Shown here: positions 8,637 to 18,133 of the stretch, in pieces
Position numbering within the stretch: position 1 is the stretch's first letter
How the letters are laid out: each line of letters begins with the position of its first letter
Assembly: GCA_022828105.1 (NCBI GenBank)
Contig: JAJEJC010000001.1
Location: 174,090 to 238,089, forward strand
Direction of reading: 5' to 3'
DNA length: 64,000 nt
Source: Dehalococcoidia bacterium
GTDB lineage: Bacteria > Chloroflexota > Dehalococcoidia > Bin125
Notes under the pieces: model-generated
What the model was told of the DNA's origin: nothing
The model's input: the letters and a program-made list of their open reading frames with translations, nothing else
Database searches by the model: none
Program-made: the position numbers and the translations under genes

Positions 8637-11600
8637 ATGCTGGGACTTCTGCGACTGCTCAGACTGGCGGCGTTGCGCGAGTTGCGCGGCGGCTGGGCGC
8701 TGATGCTGGCGGCGTCGGCGCTGCTGATCATCGCGGCCGGATTGGTCGCGCTGCCGCTCGTGTTTCGGGCCGCGTCGGCCGACCTCGCGCTGCGCGAGAC
8801 GATCGAGCAGTCCAATCGCGCCGTCCACTTCGTCGATCACACCCGTGCGGATCGTCCGGCGACACAGGCCGATGTCGTGGCGACGGCGGCGACGGCGGGC
8901 GAGCTGCGCGAACGTCACCTGGGTTCCTTCAAGGGTCTGCAAGGCGCGACGAAGCGGATCCTCGACTCACCGCAGGTGACATCGAGCTTCACGCGTCTCG
9001 ACAACAAAATCACGGAGGAGATGCTGGCCTATCTGACCGTGTTCGAGGACCTGAACGCGCATGCGAGGGTCGTGTCGGGACGCTGGCCGCAGGCGGCAGA
9101 TGAGGTCGTGATCGGCGCGAAGCTGGCGGAGCAACTGAGCCAGGACGTCGGCAGCACGATCGTATTCGGGAGCGCGCAGCCGTACACCATCGTCGGTCTA
9201 ATCGAGCCGGTCTCGGTTGACGTCAGCGGCGTGTTGGCGCTGCATTACACCGATGTCTGGTTTGAGCTTCAGGAGAACCTGGCCGGGCTGGTCGTGATTC
9301 CATACTTCGCGATGTTCGCCGGCGTCGAGGCGCTCGAGCAAGTCGGACTGCCGCTGGTGCATCGGTTCCGGACAGAGCTGAATCCCGATCGGTTGAACTC
9401 GGACCAGGTGGAGAAGGCGGTTGAGGCATTGGCGGCGTGGGAGCAGGAATCGAATCGACTGGTAGGCGGCTCGGCTTCGGCGCTGTTGTTGCCGACTTTG
9501 CAGCGATTCGAGCGGGAGGCGCAGTTCTCGGCCGGGCAGTCGCTGCTGGCCGGTCTGCAGATTGCGGCGGTGGCGATGTTCGGGGTGGCGCTGGTCGGTC
9601 GGGTGATGGCGCAGCGGACGCGGGTGGATCGGGAGCGGCTGGCGGCTCGCGGGGCGAAGCCATGGCAGCAGGCAGGGGCGCAGGCGATGCTGGGCGGACT
9701 GGCGGCAGTCCCGGCGGCGTTGCTCGGCGCGCCGCTGGCTGCGTTTGCATTGAGCCACGCGGGCCGGTTGGACGCCGTGGCGCGTGTGTCTGGCGGCGAG
9801 CCGTTTGACACGCGCCTGACCTGGGAAGCCTGGGCTCTGGCCGTGACCGGCGCACTGATCGCCTGGATCGCGTTCGCCGCCCCCGCCTGGTTCGATTCGC
9901 GCCAGCGGGAAAATCCGCGTGTCGCGGCGGGGCGTCCGCGGCGGCGCTCGCTGTTCCAGCGGGCCTGGCTCGATGTGGCGTTGCTGGCGCTGGCGACGGT
10001 GCTGTTCCTGCAGTTTGAGACCGAAGCTTCGGGCGGCGCGTTCTCGGCGTTCGAGTCGGGCGGGATGAATCCAGTGCTGATGCTCAGCCCGGGGCTGCTG
10101 TTGCTCGGCGCGGCGCTGACGATCATGCGGGTCGCGCCGCGCGTCTGGGGCATCGTTGCCCGGCTGCTCTCGCGATTGCCGATTCCATCCTGGCTCTATC
10201 TCGGCGTGCTCAACGTCGCGCGCAATCCAACCGGTCCGATGTTGCTCACGGCGTTGACCGCATTTGTCACGGCGGTCGGACTGATCTCGGCTACCTATGC
10301 GTCGACGATCGAGACCGTGGAGCGGGAACGGATCGAGTATCAGGTCGGTTCGGACCTGCGCGGCGTCTCGATCGGGGGCAACCTGTCGAACTCGACGATT
10401 GGCCGGGTGACCGAGCCGCTCGAACGGCGAGACGGGATCACGTCGGCGGCGGCGTACCGCGGGATCGGCTCAATCGGCGGCGACCGCGAGGGCAGTCGGG
10501 TGGTGCTGTTGGGGCTGCAAACCAGCCGCATCGGCGAGACCGTGTTGCTCGACGACGATCTGCTCGGCGTGCCGTCGGAGCAGCTATTGGCGGCGATTGC
10601 GCGTGAGCCGGGCCGGGTCGGGCAGGCCTTGCCCGACGGCGCGGAGTCGCTCGTAATCCGTGTGCGCAGCGAACCCGACAACAGCAACCTGGAGATGGCT
10701 GCGCGGGTCATTGACGGGCACGGCCAGGTCCAGATGAGGCAGTTCCGCAGCAACACGGCTACGACCGTGGACTCCGAGTGGCAGACACTGGAGGCGCCGC
10801 TCGCGGGGCTGAATCAGCCGCTTCGGATCGCCGCCATCGTGCTGCGTCCGCAGGCGAGGGTCGTGCGAGCGCCGACGGGCACGCTCTTCATCGCCGGTCT
10901 CGAGGCTCGGGTTGGAGAGCAGTCGGTCGCGGTCGATGCATTCGATGAGGCGGCGCCGTGGCTCGCGGCATCGAGCGGCGCTGGGCAGGACCGGATCGTG
11001 TTTGCGGGCGGCAACCTGGAGTACCGCTGGTCGCAGCTCGACGCGAACGACGAGCGGATCATCGTGCGGGAATCTCCAAACCTGCCTGTGAACGCGGCGA
11101 TGGATCGGAGATCACTGGAGACGGCCGATCTGGACGTCGGCGACGTGGTTCCGATCGTGCTGAGCAATACCACCATTCCGGTGCGGATCACGGCAGCGGT
11201 CGATTACTTTCCGACCTTGAATCCGGCCCAGGGTGGATTCCTGATTGCCGATCTGTTGGCGCTGCGCAGCGCGGCGCTCGTCGCGGCCGTGCGGGCCGTG
11301 CTGCCGATCACGGAAGTCTGGGCGCGCACAGAGACCGGCGCTGCCAATGTGATCGCGGCGGAACTGCTGGACGAGGTGTACCTGTCGAGCACGGTGCTCG
11401 ACGCCGACGCCCAGCTTGCGGCGGCCGAGTCCGATCCGCTGCGCTCGGGCGGGACGGCGGCGTTGTTTGTGGTTGGCTTCATCGGCTTGCTGGTGGTCGG
11501 ATCGGCGGCGCTGGTGTTCACGATGGCGGCGGCCGGCAGCGAGCGGGCGCGTGAGTTCGCGTTGATGCGGACGGTTGGATCGGGCCGGGCGGGACTGACC

Positions 11601-11876
11601 GCGCAGGCGGCGGTGGAGGTGGGCCTGGTGCTGATTGCCGGAGTCGGCCTGGGATTCGGACTGGGCCGGGCCGTCGCCGGCGCACTGCTCGCATTCCTCG
11701 ATGTGACGAGCGACGGTGTCGCGGCCGCGCCGCCCACGGCGTTGTCGATTGACTGGGCACTAGCCGGGATCGGGGTAGGCGTCGTGGCCGCCTGCGCGAT
11801 CCTGGGTACGTCGGCGATTGCCCGCTGGGCGACGGGACGCGATGCCGCGCCGCTGTTGCGGGAAGGCGCCGACTGA
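8637..11876 (+). CDS. Large duplicated FtsX-like (MacB-type) ABC permease, 1079 aa.
   Basis: N-terminal TM, extracellular domain and FtsX 4-TM bundle occur twice. The C-terminal MRTVGSGRAGL...LIAGVGLGFGLG resembles FtsX. Confidence 0.75.
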   Translation: MLGLLRLLRLAALRELRGGWALMLAASALLIIAAGLVALPLVFRAASADLALRETIEQSNRAVHFVDHTRADRPATQADVVATAATAGELRERHLGSFKGLQGATKRILDSPQVTSSFTRLDNKITEEMLAYLTVFEDLNAHARVVSGRWPQAADEVVIGAKLAEQLSQDVGSTIVFGSAQPYTIVGLIEPVSVDVSGVLALHYTDVWFELQENLAGLVVIPYFAMFAGVEALEQVGLPLVHRFRTELNPDRLNSDQVEKAVEALAAWEQESNRLVGGSASALLLPTLQRFEREAQFSAGQSLLAGLQIAAVAMFGVALVGRVMAQRTRVDRERLAARGAKPWQQAGAQAMLGGLAAVPAALLGAPLAAFALSHAGRLDAVARVSGGEPFDTRLTWEAWALAVTGALIAWIAFAAPAWFDSRQRENPRVAAGRPRRRSLFQRAWLDVALLALATVLFLQFETEASGGAFSAFESGGMNPVLMLSPGLLLLGAALTIMRVAPRVWGIVARLLSRLPIPSWLYLGVLNVARNPTGPMLLTALTAFVTAVGLISATYASTIETVERERIEYQVGSDLRGVSIGGNLSNSTIGRVTEPLERRDGITSAAAYRGIGSIGGDREGSRVVLLGLQTSRIGETVLLDDDLLGVPSEQLLAAIAREPGRVGQALPDGAESLVIRVRSEPDNSNLEMAARVIDGHGQVQMRQFRSNTATTVDSEWQTLEAPLAGLNQPLRIAAIVLRPQARVVRAPTGTLFIAGLEARVGEQSVAVDAFDEAAPWLAASSGAGQDRIVFAGGNLEYRWSQLDANDERIIVRESPNLPVNAAMDRRSLETADLDVGDVVPIVLSNTTIPVRITAAVDYFPTLNPAQGGFLIADLLALRSAALVAAVRAVLPITEVWARTETGAANVIAAELLDEVYLSSTVLDADAQLAAAESDPLRSGGTAALFVVGFIGLLVVGSAALVFTMAAAGSERAREFALMRTVGSGRAGLTAQAAVEVGLVLIAGVGLGFGLGRAVAGALLAFLDVTSDGVAAAPPTALSIDWALAGIGVGVVAACAILGTSAIARWATGRDAAPLLREGAD

Positions 11877-14800
11877 TGGCCCGCCAACTGCCGACGCCGC
11901 AACAGAGTCAGAGTGATGCGCCCCGGCGGGGCGAGACGGCGCGCGAGTTGGCGCTGCTCGCGATCCGCCGGATCACGTCGGCACCGCGGCTCTCGGCGGT
12001 GCTGCTGATCGGCGCGCTGCTTGCGGTCGGTCTGGCCAGCAGCGCGCCGATCTTCATCGAGGCGGTTCGGGACCTGGGACTTCGCCAAACGTTGGCCGAA
12101 GCCGATCCTGCCTCGCTTGACCTGCGCGTCGTCCGCTCGAACATCACGGCCAATCAGGAATCGGTTGGCTCGGTTGAGTCGGTGATCCAAACGGAGGCCG
12201 GCAGCGCGCTCGGAGCGCTCAGCTCCGAGCGAATGAGCGCGATTCGGACCGGCGGCTTCACGTTGCGCAGCGACGATCAGCCGTTCAACCCGCCGGATCC
12301 GCCGCACGCGACGTTCCTGGCCCAGAACGACCTGGCGGATGTATCGCTGCTGGCGGATGGTCGCCTGCCGGCTGTTGCCGAGGGAGTGATCGAGGTAGTC
12401 GTCGAGTCGCCGCAGGCGGAACGGTTCGGACTCGTCGTGGGCGACGAGCGCCTGGCGCAGCCGTTCTGGCTGGGCACGCAGCACGAGACGCGGGTGCGCA
12501 TCGTAGGCCTGGTCGAGCCATCGACGGACGAGCGGCGCTGGTCGACGCTGGACCCGCTGTACTTGCCGGTGGCCGCGCGCGACTCCGAACTGCGCTTCTG
12601 GACCAGCCGGGAGAGCATCCTCGGCATCCTGGCCGACCATTCGCCAACGCTGCGGCTGACCGTATTGCAGCGCTACCGAACCGATCTGGCCGGCGTCTCG
12701 GCGACGCAGGCGTCGGCTGCTGCCGATGCGCTCGAACGGATGACGCGGCGGATCGCGCAGGCGATTGACGGCGTGCAGCAGGAGACCGAGTTGGTCGACA
12801 CGCTGGTGGGGTTCCGGGAGCGATTCCAGTTCGCGCAATCGACGCTGCTGATGATCGTCTTGCAACTCGTGGGCGCGGTGCTGGTCTATGCGGTGGTCGC
12901 CTCGGCGATGTTGGCCGAGCAGCGCACCGAGGACACGGCCTGGCTGCGTTCGCGCGGCGCGCGGCAACGGGACGTGGCGGTGTTGCACCTGGTTGAGGCG
13001 GCGATGCTGACCGCTCCGGCGATTGTGCTCGGTCCGCTGATCGGAGTGGGGCTGGTCAGCCTGCTCGGCTTTGTGCCGCCGTTCGACGAGGCGCTTCGGG
13101 AGATCGGGTTCGGCCCGTTCCTGCCTGCGCCGCTTCCGGCCGAATCCTGGTACCTGGCGCTGGGCGCCGGCGCGTTGGCGCTGATTGCGCAGGCCGTGCC
13201 GACGTACCGCGCGACGCGCCAGACGATGGTGACCACAAGGAGAGAGCGAGGCCGTCCGCCCGCGTCGTGGACGCAGCGGGCTCTGATCGACGCGGCTGTT
13301 GTGGCGCTGGGGGCGCTGCTGATCTTCGAGCTGCAGTGGGCCGGGGACCCGATCGATTCGCCGCTGGTCGGGGAGACGCGGCTGGACTGGTTGGCGGTGG
13401 CGACGCCGACGGTGTTGCTGTTCGTGGTCGGACTGGCGGTGCTGCGGCTGTTTCCGACGGCGATGCGGGGCCTGGCCCGCGCCGCGTCGCCGCTGCGATG
13501 GCTCACGCTGTTGCTGGGCGCGTGGTACCTGGGACGGACACCGACCCACTACGGACGCACGGTGTTGCTGCTCACTATCGCCGGCGCGCTGGCCGTGTTC
13601 GCGGCGTCGTTCCGGACCACGCTCGACGCGTCCTACGACGATCGCGCGTTGCATGCGGTCGGCGCTGTGGTGCGCGTGCAGGAGCCGCTCTCGCAGACCC
13701 TGCCGTTCGATCGGATTGCCGAGTCGACGGGCAAGCCGGTGGCGCAGGTGCAGCGGATCACGGGCACGTTCGACGGCGACGAGGACTCGGGCAAGCTGCA
13801 GATTGTCGCTCTCGACGCCTCGACGGTCGCGGGCCAGATGCGCGAGGGCGGGGTCGACTGGTCGATGTCGCCGCAGGAACTCGACACGATCGGCCGGCCA
13901 ATCTCGCAGGCCGAGCGACCGATCCTTGAGTCCGGCGGGCGGGTCAGTCTGCGCCTGACTCCGGTGGGCATCGGACAGAGCGTCACGCTCGGGATCAAGG
14001 TCCAGGACGCGATCGGGCGGTACTGGTGGTATCGGCTGGGAGAGTTGTCGCAGTCCGATAGCGAGACGATTGAGCTGAGCGCCACGATTGGCGGCGAGCC
14101 GACGCTGTACATCCCGCTTGAAGGCGCGAGAGTGGTCGAGCGACGCAGCGCCTGGCGTCCCGGGGTCGGGGAGCGTCCCGAGTGGCCGCTGCAGTTGGTC
14201 TCGGTCGATGTTGCGCTGGCGCGAGCGCCGGGAGCTGTGGTCCTGCACTCGCTCGAGTACCGCTTCGCAGGCGAGACGAGCGTGATCGCCGACTTCAATC
14301 TCGACGAATGGGAGGCGATGCCGCTGTCGGCGGGCGAGGAAGCGGTCGACAGACTTGAGGCCGTGGAGGGCGGTTCGCGATACCGCTGGGATGCGACGCC
14401 GACGTCGCTGCGCGGGGTGCACTACCGCGGCGACAGCGAGCCGCTGCCGGTGCTGCTCTCGTCGGCGGCGATGGCGCAGGGCCGGTTGCGGATCGGGGAG
14501 CTGGTGCGGCTGCGGATTGGTCCGACGCCGATGCGGTTCGAGGTGGTCGGAGAGTTCAAGACCTTCCCCACGTACGACGAGCAGCGCGACGATCCGATCG
14601 TGATCCTCGATCGCGCGTCGCTGGTCGGACGCATCTACGGCAGCGCGTCGGCCGGCGTGTCGCTGGCGGTCGACGATGAGTTGTGGATTTCCGCTCCAAT
14701 CTCGGAGTGGCAGACACTGATCGTTGAGCAAGATGCGGCGGTGGAGAGCGATCAGGCCAACCGGTTCAATGAAGATTCCGACACGCAAGTCACTACTCGT

Positions 14801-15418
14801 ATTGGAATCACGATCATCACTAGATCCGTGCGTCCGGATGACGAACGAGCTTCGACATCGGAGATTGAGCAGCTTGCGGCAGGCGAAGCAGAGGAACAGC
14901 CGCCCCAGGTGCCACACGCAGATGCAACGGTCAGCGGCATTCTGACGCTCGACCAGGCACGCAGTGATTTGGCTGCCGATCCGCTGATTGTGGCCTCGTG
15001 GAACGGCGTCTTCATTGGGGCGCTGGCGGCGGTGGCGATTGCCTCGGCGTTCGGGCTGGTCGTGCTGACGGCGGTGACGGCGCAGGCGCGCAGGGTGGAG
15101 TTCGCGGTTTGCCAGAGCGTGGGCATGAGCATGCGCCAGATCCTGGCAATGATCGCGCTGGAGCAGTCGATTGTGATCGCGATCGGTCTTGGCGCGGGAT
15201 TGGTAGTGGGCACGCAAGCGGGCGCAATCCTGCTTGACTTCTTTGCGCTCACACCGGACGGCCGGGACGTCGTGCCGCCGCTGCAATTCATCGTCGACTG
15301 GCCGGGCGTGGCGGTGCTGTTCGGGGCGTTGGCCGGCCTGTTCGCGCTCAACCTGGGCGCGTTCCTCTGGTTCCTGCGGCGGATCGAGTTGCACGGGGCA
15401 TTGCGGCTGGCGGCATAG
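11876..15418 (+). CDS. Second large duplicated FtsX-like ABC permease, 1180 aa, translationally coupled to the previous gene by an ATGA overlap.
   Basis: VCQSVGMSMRQILAMIALEQSIVIAIGLGAGLVVG is an FtsX signature, and the permease architecture is repeated. The start overlaps the stop of the upstream gene. Confidence 0.75.
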   Translation: MARQLPTPQQSQSDAPRRGETARELALLAIRRITSAPRLSAVLLIGALLAVGLASSAPIFIEAVRDLGLRQTLAEADPASLDLRVVRSNITANQESVGSVESVIQTEAGSALGALSSERMSAIRTGGFTLRSDDQPFNPPDPPHATFLAQNDLADVSLLADGRLPAVAEGVIEVVVESPQAERFGLVVGDERLAQPFWLGTQHETRVRIVGLVEPSTDERRWSTLDPLYLPVAARDSELRFWTSRESILGILADHSPTLRLTVLQRYRTDLAGVSATQASAAADALERMTRRIAQAIDGVQQETELVDTLVGFRERFQFAQSTLLMIVLQLVGAVLVYAVVASAMLAEQRTEDTAWLRSRGARQRDVAVLHLVEAAMLTAPAIVLGPLIGVGLVSLLGFVPPFDEALREIGFGPFLPAPLPAESWYLALGAGALALIAQAVPTYRATRQTMVTTRRERGRPPASWTQRALIDAAVVALGALLIFELQWAGDPIDSPLVGETRLDWLAVATPTVLLFVVGLAVLRLFPTAMRGLARAASPLRWLTLLLGAWYLGRTPTHYGRTVLLLTIAGALAVFAASFRTTLDASYDDRALHAVGAVVRVQEPLSQTLPFDRIAESTGKPVAQVQRITGTFDGDEDSGKLQIVALDASTVAGQMREGGVDWSMSPQELDTIGRPISQAERPILESGGRVSLRLTPVGIGQSVTLGIKVQDAIGRYWWYRLGELSQSDSETIELSATIGGEPTLYIPLEGARVVERRSAWRPGVGERPEWPLQLVSVDVALARAPGAVVLHSLEYRFAGETSVIADFNLDEWEAMPLSAGEEAVDRLEAVEGGSRYRWDATPTSLRGVHYRGDSEPLPVLLSSAAMAQGRLRIGELVRLRIGPTPMRFEVVGEFKTFPTYDEQRDDPIVILDRASLVGRIYGSASAGVSLAVDDELWISAPISEWQTLIVEQDAAVESDQANRFNEDSDTQVTTRIGITIITRSVRPDDERASTSEIEQLAAGEAEEQPPQVPHADATVSGILTLDQARSDLAADPLIVASWNGVFIGALAAVAIASAFGLVVLTAVTAQARRVEFAVCQSVGMSMRQILAMIALEQSIVIAIGLGAGLVVGTQAGAILLDFFALTPDGRDVVPPLQFIVDWPGVAVLFGALAGLFALNLGAFLWFLRRIELHGALRLAA

Positions 15419-15425
15419 GCGCCAT

Positions 15426-15483
15426 GGGGCAGCCCCCCTCTGCCTTCGGCATCTCCCCCCGCTGCGCGGGGGGAGAGGGGAAC
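15426..15483. repeat. Palindromic G/C-rich repeat element, copy C.
   Basis: gcagcccccctctgccttcggcatctccccccgctgcgcggggggagaggggaac, between convergent gene ends. Confidence 0.8.
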
Positions 15484-15491
15484 GAGAGCGA

Positions 15492-16061
15492 CTAGCCCAA
15501 ACGGAAGGGTGGGTAGCGGTCGGTGATGAGGAGGAAGGCGTAGGCCTCGACGCGCAGCAGCCAGCGCTCGACGTTGAGCATGTAGGTGAACAGCGGGCGA
15601 GGGTAGGTGCCGGTGAAGATGATCGCGAGCCAGGCGATCAGCACGACCGGAAACTGCAGGAATCCGAGCACGGCCAGGACGATGTAGTGGGGGACCGCCA
15701 GGAACCACTTGACCAGCGGCAGCCAGCGGCTGAGCTGGGCGGCGTCGGGGTAGTCGAGATCGAGTTTGACCGTCTGCTCCTCGTCGGTGGAGGGGTACTG
15801 ATCGGTCATCAGGTTGAGGTAGGCGTTGACGCGGTTCCAGAGCCTGGTCATCTCGAGGTTGAAGTCGAACCACCAGCGCGGATACTTGTGCCGGACCAGC
15901 AGCATGAGCAGAACCGGCACGGCCATGACGCCGGGCATGAAGTTCATGAGGAACATGATCGGGATGGCAAAGAGCGGACGCAGCAGGGTCGAGATGCGGT
16001 CCAACGATTGCGGGTACTCGATGTCAAGCCGAGCGGGGTACTCGTCAGCGTCGCGCTGCAT
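15492..16061 (-). CDS. DUF4389-family membrane protein.
   Basis: YPPF motif near the C-terminus and two hydrophobic hairpins. The length fits. Confidence 0.7.
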   Translation of the reverse strand: MQRDADEYPARLDIEYPQSLDRISTLLRPLFAIPIMFLMNFMPGVMAVPVLLMLLVRHKYPRWWFDFNLEMTRLWNRVNAYLNLMTDQYPSTDEEQTVKLDLDYPDAAQLSRWLPLVKWFLAVPHYIVLAVLGFLQFPVVLIAWLAIIFTGTYPRPLFTYMLNVERWLLRVEAYAFLLITDRYPPFRLG

Positions 16062-16138
16062 GTGATCGCTCCTTCGAGATGAACCGGTTGGAGTCGATCG
16101 TAGCGATTATGACAAGACGATGCCGGCGAACGGAGGCG

Positions 16139-16708
16139 TCAGGGCGCGATGCCGAGCGTGCGTTGAATCTGGCGGACGTGGAAGAGCTGATGATCGGCAG
16201 CGGTCAGCGCGATCGTGCGCAGCGACATATCCAGTACTTCACCGTCGAGCTCGATGTTGGCCGGTTCGCGCAGTTGCGACGCGGAGAGATCGGCAAGCAG
16301 CCGCTCGGTGTCCTCGCGCACGCTGGTCAGGGCCCAGCGGAACTCCGGCAGCGACGACTCCGACTCGGTGTCGGGCAATGTGACGCCGCCGACTCGGGGC
16401 ACCGCGAGTTGCGGCGCGACCTCGCGGCGCAGCAGCATGAGTTGGGGATGCAGCCAACGCTCGGAGTGGACGAGATGCAAGAGGATTTCACGCACCGACC
16501 ACTCGGTCGGAGCGAGCCGTTCTGCCAGCTGTTCGTCGGCGCACGAGTCGAGCAAGGCGCGCAGTTCGTCGAAGTTCTCGGACAGCGCGGCCTGGACATT
16601 TACAAAGTCAGCGATGATGTTTACCTCAAGCTGTTCCCAACGCCAACGGCGTCGCGCACAGTGTCGAACAACGACGGCGGCGGGACAACTCGACCACGCA
16701 CACTGCAA
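16139..16708 (-). CDS. DinB/YfiT-like (DinB_2 superfamily) protein. The start is uncertain: there is no in-frame ATG, and TTG at 16708 is the best candidate.
   Basis: WSVREILLHLVHSERW is the DinB_2 His-triad helix, with a C-terminal HQLFHVRQIQ. The upstream part of the 533-aa track ORF is an antisense artefact. Confidence 0.55.
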   Translation of the reverse strand: MQCAWSSCPAAVVVRHCARRRWRWEQLEVNIIADFVNVQAALSENFDELRALLDSCADEQLAERLAPTEWSVREILLHLVHSERWLHPQLMLLRREVAPQLAVPRVGGVTLPDTESESSLPEFRWALTSVREDTERLLADLSASQLREPANIELDGEVLDMSLRTIALTAADHQLFHVRQIQRTLGIAP

Positions 16709-16720
16709 TGTCGCTGAGCA

Positions 16721-17650
16721 ATGTTGCTGAGCGACAAGAGGGCATCCAGCTTCATGGCCCGTGTCCGCGAGACTCCGTCCCGAGCAGAGCAACTGGCGAT
16801 CGAACCGACGATCAGCGCGGAGGCTCGCGCCGAGCTTGCGCGCGGGGCGGCCGAGTGGGACGCCGGGCAGTTCTTCGACGCGCATGAGACCTGGGAAGAT
16901 ATCTGGCAGGTCGAGCGGCGCAGCATCCGCAGCTTCTACCAGGGGTTGATCCTGCTGGCCGCCGGTCTGCACCACTGGACCGGAACGCATCGTCCGCGGG
17001 GTGTGCGAATCAAGTTGGCATCGGGAATTGAACGCCTTGCTGCATATGCACCGTCGTACCTGGGGGTGGACGTGACGACGATGATCGCCGAGGCGGCGGC
17101 GCTGCTGCGGCAGGCTCCCGAGGATCCGGCCGGGTTGGCGGACACGCCGCCGGATCGCTTTCCGCCGTTTCGTTGGGCTGTGACGAACGGCGGCGAGCTT
17201 GAGCCTCGGCAGGGGGCTCTGCGTGTGCGGCGACTGCGTGCGGCGGCGCAGTTGCCCACGCGCGGCTCCGAGCTGGCCTCGGGTCTGGACCTGTATGCGG
17301 AACTGTCCGAGTTGGGCGGCGCCGTCACGCTGAGCCAGATGCCGCAGGCGGTGCCGACCGGGATTGCCTGCTCGCCGCCCGACGGTTGCGAGATCCAGAT
17401 CCGGCCGCGCTCCGGGCTGACGCGGCGCGGCGTGGAGATCGGTTGGGGCACGGTCGACGCCGACTATCGCGGAGAATTGCTGGTCTCGATGTTCCTGCGC
17501 GGCCCGGCCGGACGCGGATATCGGATTGAGCACGGTGACCGAATCGCCCAACTGGTGGTTGCGCCGGTCGTGCTCGCGCAGGTCGAAGAAGTCGAGGAGT
17601 TGGAGGAGACGGAGCGGGGCGGCGGCGGCTTTGGTTCGACTGGCCGCTGA
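16721..17650 (+). CDS. dut: DUF309 domain fused to dUTPase in one ORF.
   Basis: The N-terminus FFDAHETWEDIWQ...FYQGLILLAAGLHHW matches DUF309. The C-terminus has dUTPase motifs 3 to 5 (RPRSGL, GTVDADYRGEL, RGGGGFGSTGR). No stop separates the two. Confidence 0.8.
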   Translation: MLLSDKRASSFMARVRETPSRAEQLAIEPTISAEARAELARGAAEWDAGQFFDAHETWEDIWQVERRSIRSFYQGLILLAAGLHHWTGTHRPRGVRIKLASGIERLAAYAPSYLGVDVTTMIAEAAALLRQAPEDPAGLADTPPDRFPPFRWAVTNGGELEPRQGALRVRRLRAAAQLPTRGSELASGLDLYAELSELGGAVTLSQMPQAVPTGIACSPPDGCEIQIRPRSGLTRRGVEIGWGTVDADYRGELLVSMFLRGPAGRGYRIEHGDRIAQLVVAPVVLAQVEEVEELEETERGGGGFGSTGR

Positions 17651-17653
17651 GCG

Positions 17654-18025
17654 ATGACGGTCGCCGCCATCGCTTCGATCGCCCTGGGCGGCGCTGCGGG
17701 ATCCGTGCTGCGCTACGTGCTCAATCGCTGGGTCGGCCAACCTGATGGACTGCCGCTAGGCATCCTCGTGGTCAACCTGAGCGGCACGCTGGCGCTGGGC
17801 ATTGTGGCGACGTTGTTTCTGGACCGCCTGGGCGTGCCCGACAACCTGCGCCTGGCCATCACCGTGGGGCTGCTGGGCGGATTCACGACGTTTTCGACGG
17901 TGTGGCTCGATACGCTGCATCTGCTTAACGGCGGTCGCTGGGCCTGGGCGCTGACCAATCTCGTCGTCTCGGCGGTAGGCGGACTGGCCGCCGCCTGGCT
18001 GGGGCAGCAGCTAGCGCGCCTGTAG
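17654..18025 (+). CDS. crcB: Fluoride channel CrcB/FluC.
   Basis: GGAAGSVLRY, NLSGTLALG and GLLGGFTTFST are CrcB signatures. It starts 3 nt after the dut stop. Confidence 0.85.
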   Translation: MTVAAIASIALGGAAGSVLRYVLNRWVGQPDGLPLGILVVNLSGTLALGIVATLFLDRLGVPDNLRLAITVGLLGGFTTFSTVWLDTLHLLNGGRWAWALTNLVVSAVGGLAAAWLGQQLARL

Positions 18026-18133
18026 GCCTGTTGCGCGACTCCGACCGTTCCTGAGTTGGCGAACGTCCGGCACTCACTCGAATCACGCATTGTGTATAGA
18101 GTGCCTGTAGGCGACGGGGCGGTTGTGTCACTG

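Noticed and set aside
7587-8815. ORFs at 7587-8327 and the 8453-8815 N-terminal extension of the hydrolase ORF.
   Set aside because: The RRRR-rich frame and the Ser/Ala-rich 121-aa leader show no protein-like features. The hydrolase domain begins at MTTETETH (8452).
11204-15394. A 1396-aa minus-strand ORF overlapping both FtsX permease genes.
   Set aside because: Extremely Arg/Pro/Gln-rich low-complexity translation, antisense to two well-supported genes. This is a typical high-GC antisense artefact.
16079-16717. A 212-aa + strand ORF.
   Set aside because: Antisense to the DinB-like gene.
17654-17660. A fluoride riboswitch upstream of crcB.
   Set aside because: crcB starts 3 nt after the dut stop. 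There is no leader in which a crcB-motif RNA could sit.
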